Assembly (NCBI GenBank): GCA_002269645.1
Contig: NIVC01000459.1
Span: 124,001 to 188,000, forward strand
Direction of reading: 5' to 3'
Source of the DNA: Macrostomum lignano
Taxonomy: Eukaryota
DNA length: 64,000 bases
Shown here in pieces: positions 54,131 to 64,000 of this stretch. A model generated the notes under the pieces. It was not told the origin of the DNA and searched no databases. It saw nothing but the letters and a program-made list of their open reading frames with translations. A program made the translations under genes and the position numbers. Positions within the stretch are counted from its first letter, which is position 1. Each line of letters begins with the position of its first letter.

Positions 54131-54436
54131 ATGGAGAAGCAGCTGAAGTCTCAGCTAGACACTGTTATGAACACCGAAGGCGTTGTTGCCGTACTGGCAG
54201 TGGACTCTCGAGGCCTGCCTCTGGCTAGTAAAGGCGCCGTGTCTGGCGATATTTCTGGCGCCGTGAAAAGCTTGGCCGACCATGCAACGGCACTGGCTAG
54301 GGAGGCATCCAGCTCTAGCAGTGGGCCGCGGGTTACTGCTGTGTCTGTTAACACGGACAGCATGTGCATGCTTGTGTCACAAGCGCCTGATGTTGGCAGC
54401 GGGGTTACAACTGCCGTGTTTAAATTTAACACTTGA
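54131..54436 (+). CDS. LAMTOR5: Ragulator complex subunit LAMTOR5 (HBXIP), single exon, 101 aa
   Basis: MEKQLKSQLDTVMNTEGVVAVLAVDSRGLPLASKGAVSGDISGAVKSLADHATAL...VTTAVFK matches the roadblock-fold HBXIP pattern (ME..L...L...M....VVGVL..D..GL.L...G). Confidence 0.85.
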   Translation: MEKQLKSQLDTVMNTEGVVAVLAVDSRGLPLASKGAVSGDISGAVKSLADHATALAREASSSSSGPRVTAVSVNTDSMCMLVSQAPDVGSGVTTAVFKFNT

Positions 54437-54502
54437 GTCTGCTTTAATAGCACTGCAGTGTGGATTCTGATGGGTGCCTGTAATTAAGTAAGTGTATTAC
54501 TG

Positions 54503-56135
54503 TGTCAGATAGAGTTCAGTAATCTGTCAGATAGAGTTCAGTAATCTGTCAGATAGAGTTCAGTAATCTGTCAGATTGAGTTTAGTAATCTGTCAGATAG
54601 AGTTTAGTAATCTGTCAGATAGAGTTTAGTAATCTGTCAGATAGAGTTTAGTAATCTGTCAGATAGAGTTCAGTAATCTGTCAGATTGAGTTCAGTAATC
54701 TGTCAGATTGAGTTCAGTAATCTGTTAGATAGAGTTCAGTAATCTGTCAGATAGAATTTAGTAATCTGTCAGATTGAGTTTAGTAATCTGTCAGATTGAG
54801 TTCAGTAATCTGTCAGATAGAGTTCAGTAATCTGTCAGATAGAGTTTAGTAATGTCATATAGAGTTCAGTAATCTGTCAGATAGAGTTCAGTAATCTGTC
54901 AGATAGAGTTTAGTAATCTGTCAGATAGAGTTTAGTAATCTGTCAGATAGAGTTCAGTAATCTGTGACCTGTCAGATAGAGTTCAGTAATCTGTCAGATA
55001 GAGTTCAGTAATCTGTCAGATAGAGTTTAGTAATCTGTCAGATAGAGTCTAGTAATCTGTCAGATAGAGTTTAGTAATCTGTCAGATAGTCTAGTAATCT
55101 GTCAGATAGAGTTTAGTAATCTGTCAGATAGAGTTCAGTAATCTGTCAGATAGAGTTCAGTAATCTGTCAGATAGAGTTCAGTAATCTGTCAGATAGAGT
55201 TCAGTTATCTGTCAGATAGAGTCTAGTAATCTGTCAGATAGAGTTCAGTAATCTGTCAGATAGAGTCTAGTAATCTGTCAGATTGAGTTTAGTAATCTGT
55301 CAGATAGAGTTCAGTAATCTGTCAGATAGAGTTTAGTAATCTGTCAGATTGAGTTTAGTAATCTGTCAGATAGAGTTCAGTAATCTGTCAGATAGAGTTT
55401 AGTAATCTGTCAGATTGAGTCTAGTAATCTGTCAGATAGAGTTCAGTAATCTGTCAGATTGAGTTTAGTAATCTGTCAGATAGAGTTTAGTAATCTGTCA
55501 GATAGAGTTTAGTAATCTGTCAGATAGAGTTTAGTAATCTGTCAGATAGAGTTCAGTAATCTGTCAGATTGAGTTCAGTAATCTGTCAGATTGAGTTCAG
55601 TAATCTGTTAGATAGAGTTCAGTAATCTGTCAGATAGAATTTAGCAATCTGTCAGATTGAGTTTAGTAATCTGTCAGATTGAGTTCAGTAATCTGTCAGA
55701 TTGAGTTCAGTAATCTGTCAGATTGAGTTCAGTAATCTGTTAGATAGAGTTCAGTAATATGTCAGATAGAATTTAGTAATCTGTCAGATTGAGTCTAGTA
55801 ATGTCAGATAGAGTTCAGTAATCTGTCAGATAGAGTTCAGTAATCTGTCAGATAGAGTTTAGTAATCTGTCAGATAGAGTTTAGTAATCTGTCAGATAGA
55901 GTTCAGTAATCTGTCAGATAGAGTTCAGTAATCTGTCAGATAGAGTTCAGTAATCTGTCAGATAGAGTTCAGTAATCTGTCAGATTGAGTTCAGTAATCT
56001 GTCAGATAGAGTTCAGTAATCTGTCAGATAGAGTTCAGTAATCTGTCAGATAGAGTTCAGTAATCTGTCAGATAGAGTTTTGAAATCTCAGATAGTCTAG
56101 TAATCTACGAGTATCAGATAGAGTTTAGTTATCCG
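54503..56135. repeat. 22-bp minisatellite (taatctgtcagatagagttcag)
   Basis: Direct tandem periodicity over ~1.6 kb. Confidence 0.97.
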
Positions 56136-56699
56136 TCAGGTAGTCTAGAAAGTTTTCTTAAATGTAAATAATAAATATCTGCCAACCAGTAATACACAGA
56201 CTGAGTTGTCATGAAGTCACATACGAGTATGTGCTCACTTATTCCGGTCAGGCATAGTAAAGGTGTATGATTACCTTCTCTAAGACTACTATTGAGAATT
56301 TCTTGTCTTACTTTTCTCTCAATATTGCCTGTTAATTGATCATCCAATTCTACTCAAATATTTAGTATTGTATTGGAGGTTTCGATTATTCTTATATTGT
56401 AAATTCAAATTATGTAACTCCACTCCAAATTTGATTTCACTTTGATGTGCATACACTACTACTATTTTCATTAAATTGTATTCTCTTTCGCGAAATTTCT
56501 GTCCGCCTGTATTAAATAAAAAAATCGCGATTGCTTAAATTTTATGCTTTCATTAGAAAACTTTGATGAACTTAAATCTGTGTTAAAGGCCTGTTGTTTT
56601 GATCAATGTTTTCTTCATTTACGCATTTGAACTTCCTTCAGCTGTACCATCCACAAAGTTTTCAATTAATAAGTATCCAATAATGTATGCCATCGCTCC

Positions 56700-56830
56700 C
56701 AGCCAATCAAAAGCATCCAATCCAATAGTCTCCTTTCTCAGCCAATCAGAAGCATCCAATCTAGTAGCCCCCTCTCTCAGCCAATCAGAAGAATCCAATC
56801 CAGAAGTCTCCTCTCTTAGCCAATCAGAAC
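56700..56830 (+). promoter_or_regulatory. Array of four AGCCAATCA (CCAAT/NF-Y) boxes at exact 39-bp spacing upstream of RBM8A
   Basis: CCAAT at 56703, 56742, 56781 and 56820, ending ~50 bp before the ATG. Confidence 0.6.
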
Positions 56831-56877
56831 CTCACTCGCTTATTGCCTATTAAAGCTCAACAGACCGCATCGCTAGC

Positions 56878-58857
56878 ATGGCCGACACCAGAGACATAAT
56901 TCGCATCACGGAGGACACCGAAGATGATTTTGAACAGGTCGTTGGCGGCGGCGGCGGCGACGAAGGCGTCCGCTTGGTTAAAGAGAGCGCCAAAAGTCGC
57001 AAAGGTCGCGGCTTCGAATCCGAGCAGGATCGCGACGATACGATGGAATTTGACGCTGTCGGCATTGACGACGGAGACACTGCCGGTCCGCAGCGCTCAG
57101 TGGAGGGCTGGATTCTGTTCGTGCGCAACCTGCACGAGGAGACCACCGAGGACGATCTGATGGACAAGTTCAACGAGTACGGCGAGGTGAAGAGCCTTCA
57201 TTTAAATTTGAACCGGCGAACCGGCTACATCAAAGGCTACGCGCTGGTTGAGTTTGAGCACTACAAGGAGGCGTCAACAGCTCAGAACAAGCTGAATGGC
57301 GCCGATCTCAATGGCCAGCGAATGCAGGTGTGTAAAGTGTTGCGTTTTATGAGGTTGAGGTGGGCAAAGTAGCAGCACCATGAGGGCCAAGCTCCAAGAC
57401 GCAGTGTGCGTGTACACTGCCTTACAATGAGACAGTCCGGCCCCTGACCCATTGAAAACGTTACCGTGACAAAAAATCGCTTGCCCTAGTAATAAAAAAT
57501 CATTTAAATAACGAGGTTCACTGAAAGGGCGTCTTCTAGAAATAACGGAATCGGAGTCGTGTGCCCCTATCTGTTACTCTAGGCCGCTAGGATACCAAAG
57601 TCAATCAATCCTGTGGATCCTATCCAATCATTTAGAAATAGGGAGTCCTCTAATTCTAGAACTCAATAGAAATCAACTGATCAGTAACGGCCGGCAATGA
57701 CTCAGCTCTCGATAATTAATCAAATAACAAAGACTGCAACAAAGGCTTACTGATCGGTATTCACTTCTTTCAGAGATGTAACCTCGTTTTGATAGCAGTT
57801 CTTGATAAGTCTCAAGTTCTCCCGAGGCTGCTCCTCTTTTTCAAACAACCGGTGGTGGTATTTAAAATTTGTGTTTTGCATATTTTTATCTTACTACTTC
57901 TAGTAGTCTGCTTATAATATATTTTGGAGATTTCTACATAGAAGTAGACTGAGTTCGGGGTTAGGTGTTCGGGTTTTCGGGGTTTTCGGGTTCAAAGGAA
58001 AAATGAACTGTAAAAAAATAAATTTCTAGCCGCTATGTAACGCTTTTAGGCATACGCTCGTAAAAAAGAGCGAATATTTAAGCTTCGAAAATCCGAAAAT
58101 AATGCTTGAATTTAAGTTTTCAATTACATATTGTATTTTGGGTTCTACGGATGAAATCTATGAATCTATCGATTCTGGCTAGCCGCTGGACTGCTTGTGA
58201 ATTTCAAAAATCCCTTTATTTATAATTGCAAACATTTTATTAAACACATGAATTAAGGATGTCAGGGTGTTTAACCTTTATTTTACAATTCTTTATTAAG
58301 CTACACCCGGATGTTGCACTAACAATGACAACTTAAAGCCAAGTTGGTAAACATTTGGATAAGCGGATGTTAAAGTCAATGCTAAGATCTTAAGAATGAG
58401 GAGTCAAATTATAGGGAGGAGAGTAAGGATCTGAGATTGCCAGCTGGTGACTAGAAATAGGAGTTAAGGAGCCAGGACTGCAAATGAGAACGATAAGTAG
58501 ACTACCAGAGGTACATGTACCTCAGGACGAGTAACTCCCTTCAGTCGTCACTCTTGGGGAAAAGGATCATCACGGAAAGTCTGAGATAAAGCATTCTCCT
58601 TTCAGGAAAGTTCGGGTCGGGTCGGGTTTCGGGTTCGGGGTTCCCGGAAAAATGGAAACCCGAACACCCCTAGTTTCAATTCAGTCAGAACCAAAGTGTC
58701 TATTGGCTGTTGACCCTCTGCTATTTATGAAACTTCATTTCAGGTTGACTGGGCGTTCACGCGCGGCCCGTCGGGCGGCGGCGGCGGCGGGCGCAAGTCG
58801 CGACGCCAGCGGGACACCAAGCCGCAGCAGCGTAGCGAGCGTAGCAGGAGTCGATAA
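56878..58857 (+). CDS. RBM8A: RNA-binding protein 8A (Y14/tsunagi, exon junction complex), 187 aa; exons 56878-57327 and 58744-58857
   Basis: The signature [25 protein letters not shown]...[20 protein letters not shown] is present. The CAG|gtgtgt donor and atttcag| acceptor restore the VDWAFTRGP end. AATAAA at 58977. Confidence 0.96.
57950..58675. mobile_element. Probable hAT-like MITE in the RBM8A intron
   Basis: Imperfect inverted ends (TAGG(GG)TGTTCGGGTTT) with TTCGGG subterminal repeats. No clear TSD. Confidence 0.4.
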
Positions 58858-59037
58858 GCTCAGCTGTCTGCCTGTTAGCCTTTGTAGTTTATTAATTACT
58901 AATTACTCCATTTCTTGTTGCTTTTTTTAAATACGAAGCTTTGTCACATCAGTGAAATTATCACGTGTCGTATTCTAATAAAATTATCTGCAAGTTTCAA
59001 CGTCATCTGATAAGTTAGGTTGAAATGATATATTCCA

Positions 59038-59680
59038 GGTAGATTCCGTGTTTAATGGGTAGATTCGGTGTTTAATGGGTAGATTCGGTGTTTAATGGGT
59101 AGATTCCGTGTTTAATTGGTAGATTCGGTGTTTAATGGGTAGATTCGGTGTTTAATGGGTAGATTCCGTGTTTAATTGGTAGATTCGGTGTTTAATGGGT
59201 AGATTCGGTGTTTAATGGGTAGATTCGGTGTTTAATTGGTAGATTCGGTGTTTAATGGGTAGATTCCGTGTTTAATTGGTAGATTCGGTGTTTAATGGGT
59301 AGATTCGGTGTTTAATGGGTAGATTCGTTGTTTAATGGGTAGATTCGTTGTTTAATTGGTAGATTCGGTGTTTAATGGGTAGATTCGGTGTTTAATGGGT
59401 AGATTCGGTGTTTAATGGGTAGATTCGGTGTTTAATGGGTAGATTCGGTGTTTAATGGGTAGATTCGGTGTTTAATGGGTAGATTCCGTGTTTAATTGGT
59501 AGATTTGGTGCTTAATGAGTAGATTCGGTGTTTAATTGGTAGATTCCGTGTTTAATTGGTAGATTCGGTGTTTAATTGGTAGATTTGGTGTTTAATGGGT
59601 AGATTTGATGTTCCATGGGTAGATTCTGTGTTTAATGGGTAGATTTGATGTTCAATGGGTAGATTCGGTGTTTAAAGGCC
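59038..59680. repeat. 20-bp minisatellite (agattcggtgtttaatgggt)
   Basis: Direct tandem periodicity. Confidence 0.96.
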
Positions 59681-60214
59681 AGATCCTAAGCAGATCCCGT
59701 GTGAGTGGATTTGTATATTAGCCCCCCCCCAAAAAAAATGATTTCGCTCTCTGCAGGCTTTGCAGATTCCAAAACATTTGCGCAAGTGCATTTGCTTATT
59801 ATTTTGCTTGCGTCCCTGTCTGTCCGCCTGTCCCGCATTGATGAATTATCAATAATAACTGTTGCTGCTCCTTAAAACCCCGGTTCCTCGCCCCAAGTAC
59901 TCTTACTCTATCTTGTTGTATACCTGTCTGTTCGTTTCAGTTTTTTATTATCCACTTTGTCCTTACTCTACGTATGCTTAAGTAGTTATCGCCTGATGTT
60001 AAACTTCATTTTGCCCTAATTTTTTAAACTTCAGAAGGGGGGTTCATTTGTTACGAGTGCTTAATGGTGTTTAATGTTTTTATAATACAGCATGAATGAA
60101 ATATTGCAAAGCAATAAAAATTGTTACTTCTAACGTATCATGTTTGTTCTGCTTTTATCAATTTTAAGCATTAAAAAATGTTGCTTGGGTCATCATAGTA
60201 GGATAACATAAGAG

Positions 60215-60765
60215 TCATAGTGAGACAGCATGAGGGTCATAGTGCCAATTTGAGGGTCATAATGCCAGTCTGAGGGTCACAATGCCAGTCTGAGGGTCAT
60301 AGTGCCAGCCTGAGTATTGCATATTGTTGGTGTCAGCCTTATGGTCATAATGCCAGTCTAATGGTCATAAGGCCTGGATGAGGGTCATAGTGCCATCATG
60401 AGGGTCATAGTGCCAATCTGAGGGTCATAATGGCAGTCTAAGGGTCATAGTGAGACAGCATGAGAGTCATATTGCCAATCTGGGGGTCATAGTGAGACTG
60501 CATGAGGTTCATATTGCCAATCTGGGGGTCATAGTGAGACTGCATGAGGGTCATAGTGCCAATCTGAGGGTCACAATACCAGTCTGAGGGTCATAATGCC
60601 AATCTGATAGTCATAATGGCAGTCTAAGGGTCATGTGAGACAGCATGAGGGTCATAGTGCCAATCTGAGGGTCATAATGGCAGTCTAAGGGTCATAGTGA
60701 GACAGCATGAGGGTCATAGTGCCAATCTGAGGATCATAGTGCCAGCCTGAGGGTCATAGTACCAT
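60215..60765. repeat. ~19-20-bp degenerate minisatellite (gagggtcatagtgccaatct)
   Basis: Direct tandem periodicity. Confidence 0.9.
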
Positions 60766-60838
60766 ATGTACTTTATTAGCGCATCCCCTACAATGCCCAC
60801 TGCCAGCCCTAGTCGGTCCCGCCGCCGCCACCCGTCAG

Positions 60839-61702
60839 CGGCTGCAGTGGCTGTTGCAGTGCCGCCAATTTCTATCGCCATCAGTCCTTCGCCATGGCCA
60901 TCGCGGCATTCGCAGCGGCGGCATCGGCCAGCAGGCACCGAAGAACAATGACAACTCGACGCCTCCCGAGCCGCAGTTCAGTCACGAGTACTGGTTGAAC
61001 CGGTGGCAGTCGCTGACTCCGCCCGATGCTGACGGCGGGCCCGGGGCGGCAGCTTGGCCTCGCTGGCACCGGCCGCAGGTGCATCCGTTCCTAGTGCGGC
61101 ACTGGGCAGCGCTGCGTTCGGGCTTGAAGCCGAAGGAAGAGGCGGCAGAGCAGCAGCAGCAGGTGCTCGTGCCGCTATGCGGTGCCAGCCTAGACCTAAC
61201 CTGGCTCTCGGAGCAGCCTGGCGTCTCCGGCGTTGTTGGCGTCGACCTCGGCGGCGAGTCGGTGTTCCGCCGTCTGCATCTGCAGCCTCCGCCTGGCCGC
61301 ACAGACCTGTGCCCGGGCCTGCACCGGGTCCGGTCTGGCATTGTCCGGCTGTACGGCGGGGATCTGTTCCATCCGGCTCTGAGACGGCTGGAAGCTGGCC
61401 AGTCAGACCTGGTGTGGGACCGCGGCTCCCTGGTGGTGATCAACTCGGCGGATAGGCGAGCCTACGTGGCACTGTTGCACTCTCTGTGCCGGCCTAGCCA
61501 TCGGATCCTCCTGGAGACCACCGTGTTTCCCAGGGCGCTGCATCCCGGCCCCCCGTTCTGCGTCGATGATGATCAGGTGAAGGCGCTGTACAGCGACCTG
61601 TACGACATCCAGCTGCTGGAGGCGTTCAGAGACGAGGAGCGTCGGCTGCTGTACAATTTGCCCGAACTCTTCTATCACTATTATCTGTTGACAGCTAAAT
61701 GA
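60839..61702 (+). CDS. TPMT: Thiopurine S-methyltransferase-like SAM-dependent methyltransferase; no in-frame ATG, true start unresolved
   Basis: Intronless open frame with EYWLNRWQ, VLVPLCG, DLVWDRGSLVVIN and HPGPPFCV, all TPMT-family motifs. Stop TGA at 61700-61702 and AATAAA at 61736. Confidence 0.85.
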   Translation, partial: RLQWLLQCRQFLSPSVLRHGHRGIRSGGIGQQAPKNNDNSTPPEPQFSHEYWLNRWQSLTPPDADGGPGAAAWPRWHRPQVHPFLVRHWAALRSGLKPKEEAAEQQQQVLVPLCGASLDLTWLSEQPGVSGVVGVDLGGESVFRRLHLQPPPGRTDLCPGLHRVRSGIVRLYGGDLFHPALRRLEAGQSDLVWDRGSLVVINSADRRAYVALLHSLCRPSHRILLETTVFPRALHPGPPFCVDDDQVKALYSDLYDIQLLEAFRDEERRLLYNLPELFYHYYLLTAK

Positions 61703-61919
61703 TTTATGACTGCTTTCTGTTGCTGAGGGCCTCAAAATAAATATGCATAAATTTTACCTATCCGGTGCTAATCGTGCTTCTTGATTATAAACAATTTCGC
61801 TGCACCTTTAAAAGCATGTCACGTTTAATTAATTGCTTTTGAATCTTTTAATTCTACAGTCCGTGCTGCTTTCAGTGCTAATATAAGCTGAAGCTTTTCT
61901 AGGGTCCACTAACCCTTCT

Positions 61920-64000
61920 TTGAGTAGCTTTTCCTTCAGTAGCTTTTCTCTCAGTAGCTTTTCCCTCAGTAGCTTTTCCCTCAGTAGCTTTTTCCTTAGT
62001 AGCTTTTCCCTCAGTAGCTTTTCCCTCAGTAGCTTTTCCCTCAGTAGCTTTTCCCTCAGTAGGTTTTTCCTCAGTAGCTTTTCCCTCAGTAGCTTTCCCT
62101 TAGTAGCTTTTTCCTCAGTAGCTTTTCCCTCAGTAGCTTTCCCTTAGTAGTTTTTCCCTCAGTAGCTTTTCCCTCAGTAGCTTTCCCTCAGTAGCTTTTC
62201 CCTCAGTAGCTTTCCCTCAGTAGGTTTTTCCTCAGTAGCTTTTCCCTCAGTAGCTTTCCCTTAGTAGCTTTCCCTTAGTAGCTTTTCCCTCAGTAGCTTT
62301 TCCCTCAGTAGGTTTTTCCTCAGTAGCTTTTCCCTCAGTAGCTTTCCCTTAGTAGCTTTTTCCTCAGTAGCTTTTCCCTCAGTAGCTTTTCCCTCAGTAG
62401 CCTTTCCCTCAGTAGCTTTCCCTTAGTAGCTTTCCCTCAGTAGCTTTTCCCTCAGTAGCTTTCCCTCAGTAGGTTTTTCCTCAGTAGCTTTTCCCTCAGT
62501 AGCTTTCCCTTAGTAGCTTTTCCCTCAGTAGCTTTTCCCTCGGTAGCTTTTCCCTCAGTAGCCTTTCCCTCAGTAGCTTTTCCCTTAGTAGCTTTCCCTC
62601 AGTAGCTTTTCCCTCAGTAGCTTTTTCCTCAGTAGCTTTTTCCTCAGTAGCTTTTTCCTCAGTAGCTTTTCCCTCAGTAGCTTTTTCCTCAGTAGCTTTC
62701 CCTTAGTAGCTTTTCCCTCAGTAGCTTTTTCCTCAGTAGCTTTTCCCTCAGTAGCTTTTCCCTCAGTAGCTTTCCCTCAGTAGCTTTTCCCTCAGTAGCT
62801 TTTCCCTCAGTAGCTTTTCCCTCAGTAGCTTTCCCTCAGTAGCTTTTCCCTCAGTAGCTTTTCCCTCAGTAGCTTTCCCTCAGTAGCTTTTCCCTCAGTA
62901 GCTTTCCCTTAGTAGCTTTTCTCTCAGTAGCTTTCCCTTAGTAGCTTTTCCCTCAGTAGCTTTTCCCTCAGTAGCTTTTCCCTCAGTAGCTTTTCCCTCA
63001 GTAGCTTTTCCCTCAGTAGCTTTCCCTTAGTAGCTTTTCCCTCAGTAGCTTTTCCCTCAGTAGCTTTCCTTTCAGTAGCTTTTCCCTCAGTAGCTTTCCC
63101 TTAGTAGCTTTTCCCTCAGTAGCTTTTCCCTCAATAGCTTTCCCTCAGTAGCTTTTCCCTCAGTAGCTTTCCCTTAGTAGCTTTCCCTCAGTAGCTTTTC
63201 CCTCAGTAGCTTTTCCCTCAGTAGCTTTCCCTTAGTAGCTTTCCCTCAGTAGCTTTTCCCTCAGTAGCTTTTTCCTCAGTAGCTTTTCCCTCAGTAGCTT
63301 TTTCCTCAGTAGCTTTTTCCTCAGTAGCTTTTTCCTCAGTAGCTTTTCCCTCAGTAGCTTTTTCCTCAGTAGCTTTCCCTTAGTAGCTTTTCCCTCAGTA
63401 GCTTTTTCCTCAGTAGCTTTTCCCTCAGTAGCTTTTCCCTCAGTAGCTTTCCCTTAGTAGCTTTTCCCTCAGTAGCTTTTCCCTCAGTAGCTTTCCCTCA
63501 GTAGCTTTTCCCTCAGTAGCTTTCCCTTAGTAGCTTTTCTCTCAGTAGCTTTCCCTTAGTAGCTTTTTCCTCAGTAGCTTTTCCCTCAGTAGCTTTCCCT
63601 TAGTAGCTTTTCCCTCAGTAGCTTTCCCTCAGTAGCTTTTCCCTCAGTAGCTTTTTCCTCAGTAGCTTTCCCTTAGTAGCTTTTCCCTCAGTAGCTTTTT
63701 CCTCAGTAGCTTTTTCCTCAGTAGCTTCTCCCTCAGTAGCTTTTCCCTCAGTAGCTTTCCCTTAGTAGCTTTCCCTCAGTAGCTTTTCCCTCAGTAGCTT
63801 TTTCCTCAGTAGCTTTTCCCTCAGTAGCTTTCCCTTAGTAGCTTTTCTCTCAGTAGCTTTCCCTTAGTAGCTTTTCCCTCAGTAGCTTTTCCCTCAGTAG
63901 CTTTCCCTTAGTAGTTTTTCCCTCAGTAGCTTTTCCCTCAGTAGCTTTCCCTCAGTAGCTTTTCCCTTAGTAGCTTTTTCCTCAGTAGCTTTTTCCTCAG
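61920..64000. repeat. 15-17-bp satellite (cagtagcttttccct), runs off the window end
   Basis: Direct tandem periodicity over >2 kb. Confidence 0.97.

Noticed and set aside
60982-61735. Overlapping or antisense ORFs over the TPMT-like gene (similarly over RBM8A, LAMTOR5, TAL exons, mariners and LINEs)
   Set aside because: These are shadow ORFs caused by GC-rich codon usage.

Overview
This is eukaryotic, intron-containing, repeat-rich genomic DNA. It is probably from a flatworm, since the EF-hand + dynein-light-chain 'TAL' architecture is a platyhelminth family. The minisatellite density and GC-rich codons would fit a free-living species such as Macrostomum, but that is inference only. Host genes: the 5' four coding exons of a syntaxin-1 gene (minus, running off the left edge); a convergent cluster of five complete 4-exon TAL-like genes plus one orphan terminal exon (15.7-42.5 kb); and LAMTOR5, RBM8A/Y14 and a TPMT-like methyltransferase whose ORF contains no ATG (all plus). 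The rest is transposon debris: RNase-H LINEs, an RTE-like fragment, a tRNA-derived SINE family, a Crypton, two mariners, a FLYWCH/Mutator-like ORF, a fossil P-element transposase and several MITEs with readable target-site duplications (TSDs). About 15 locus-specific tandem arrays and two strongly CpG-depleted blocks are also present. Exon boundaries and TSDs were read by hand. Family assignments rest on recalled motifs, not database searches.
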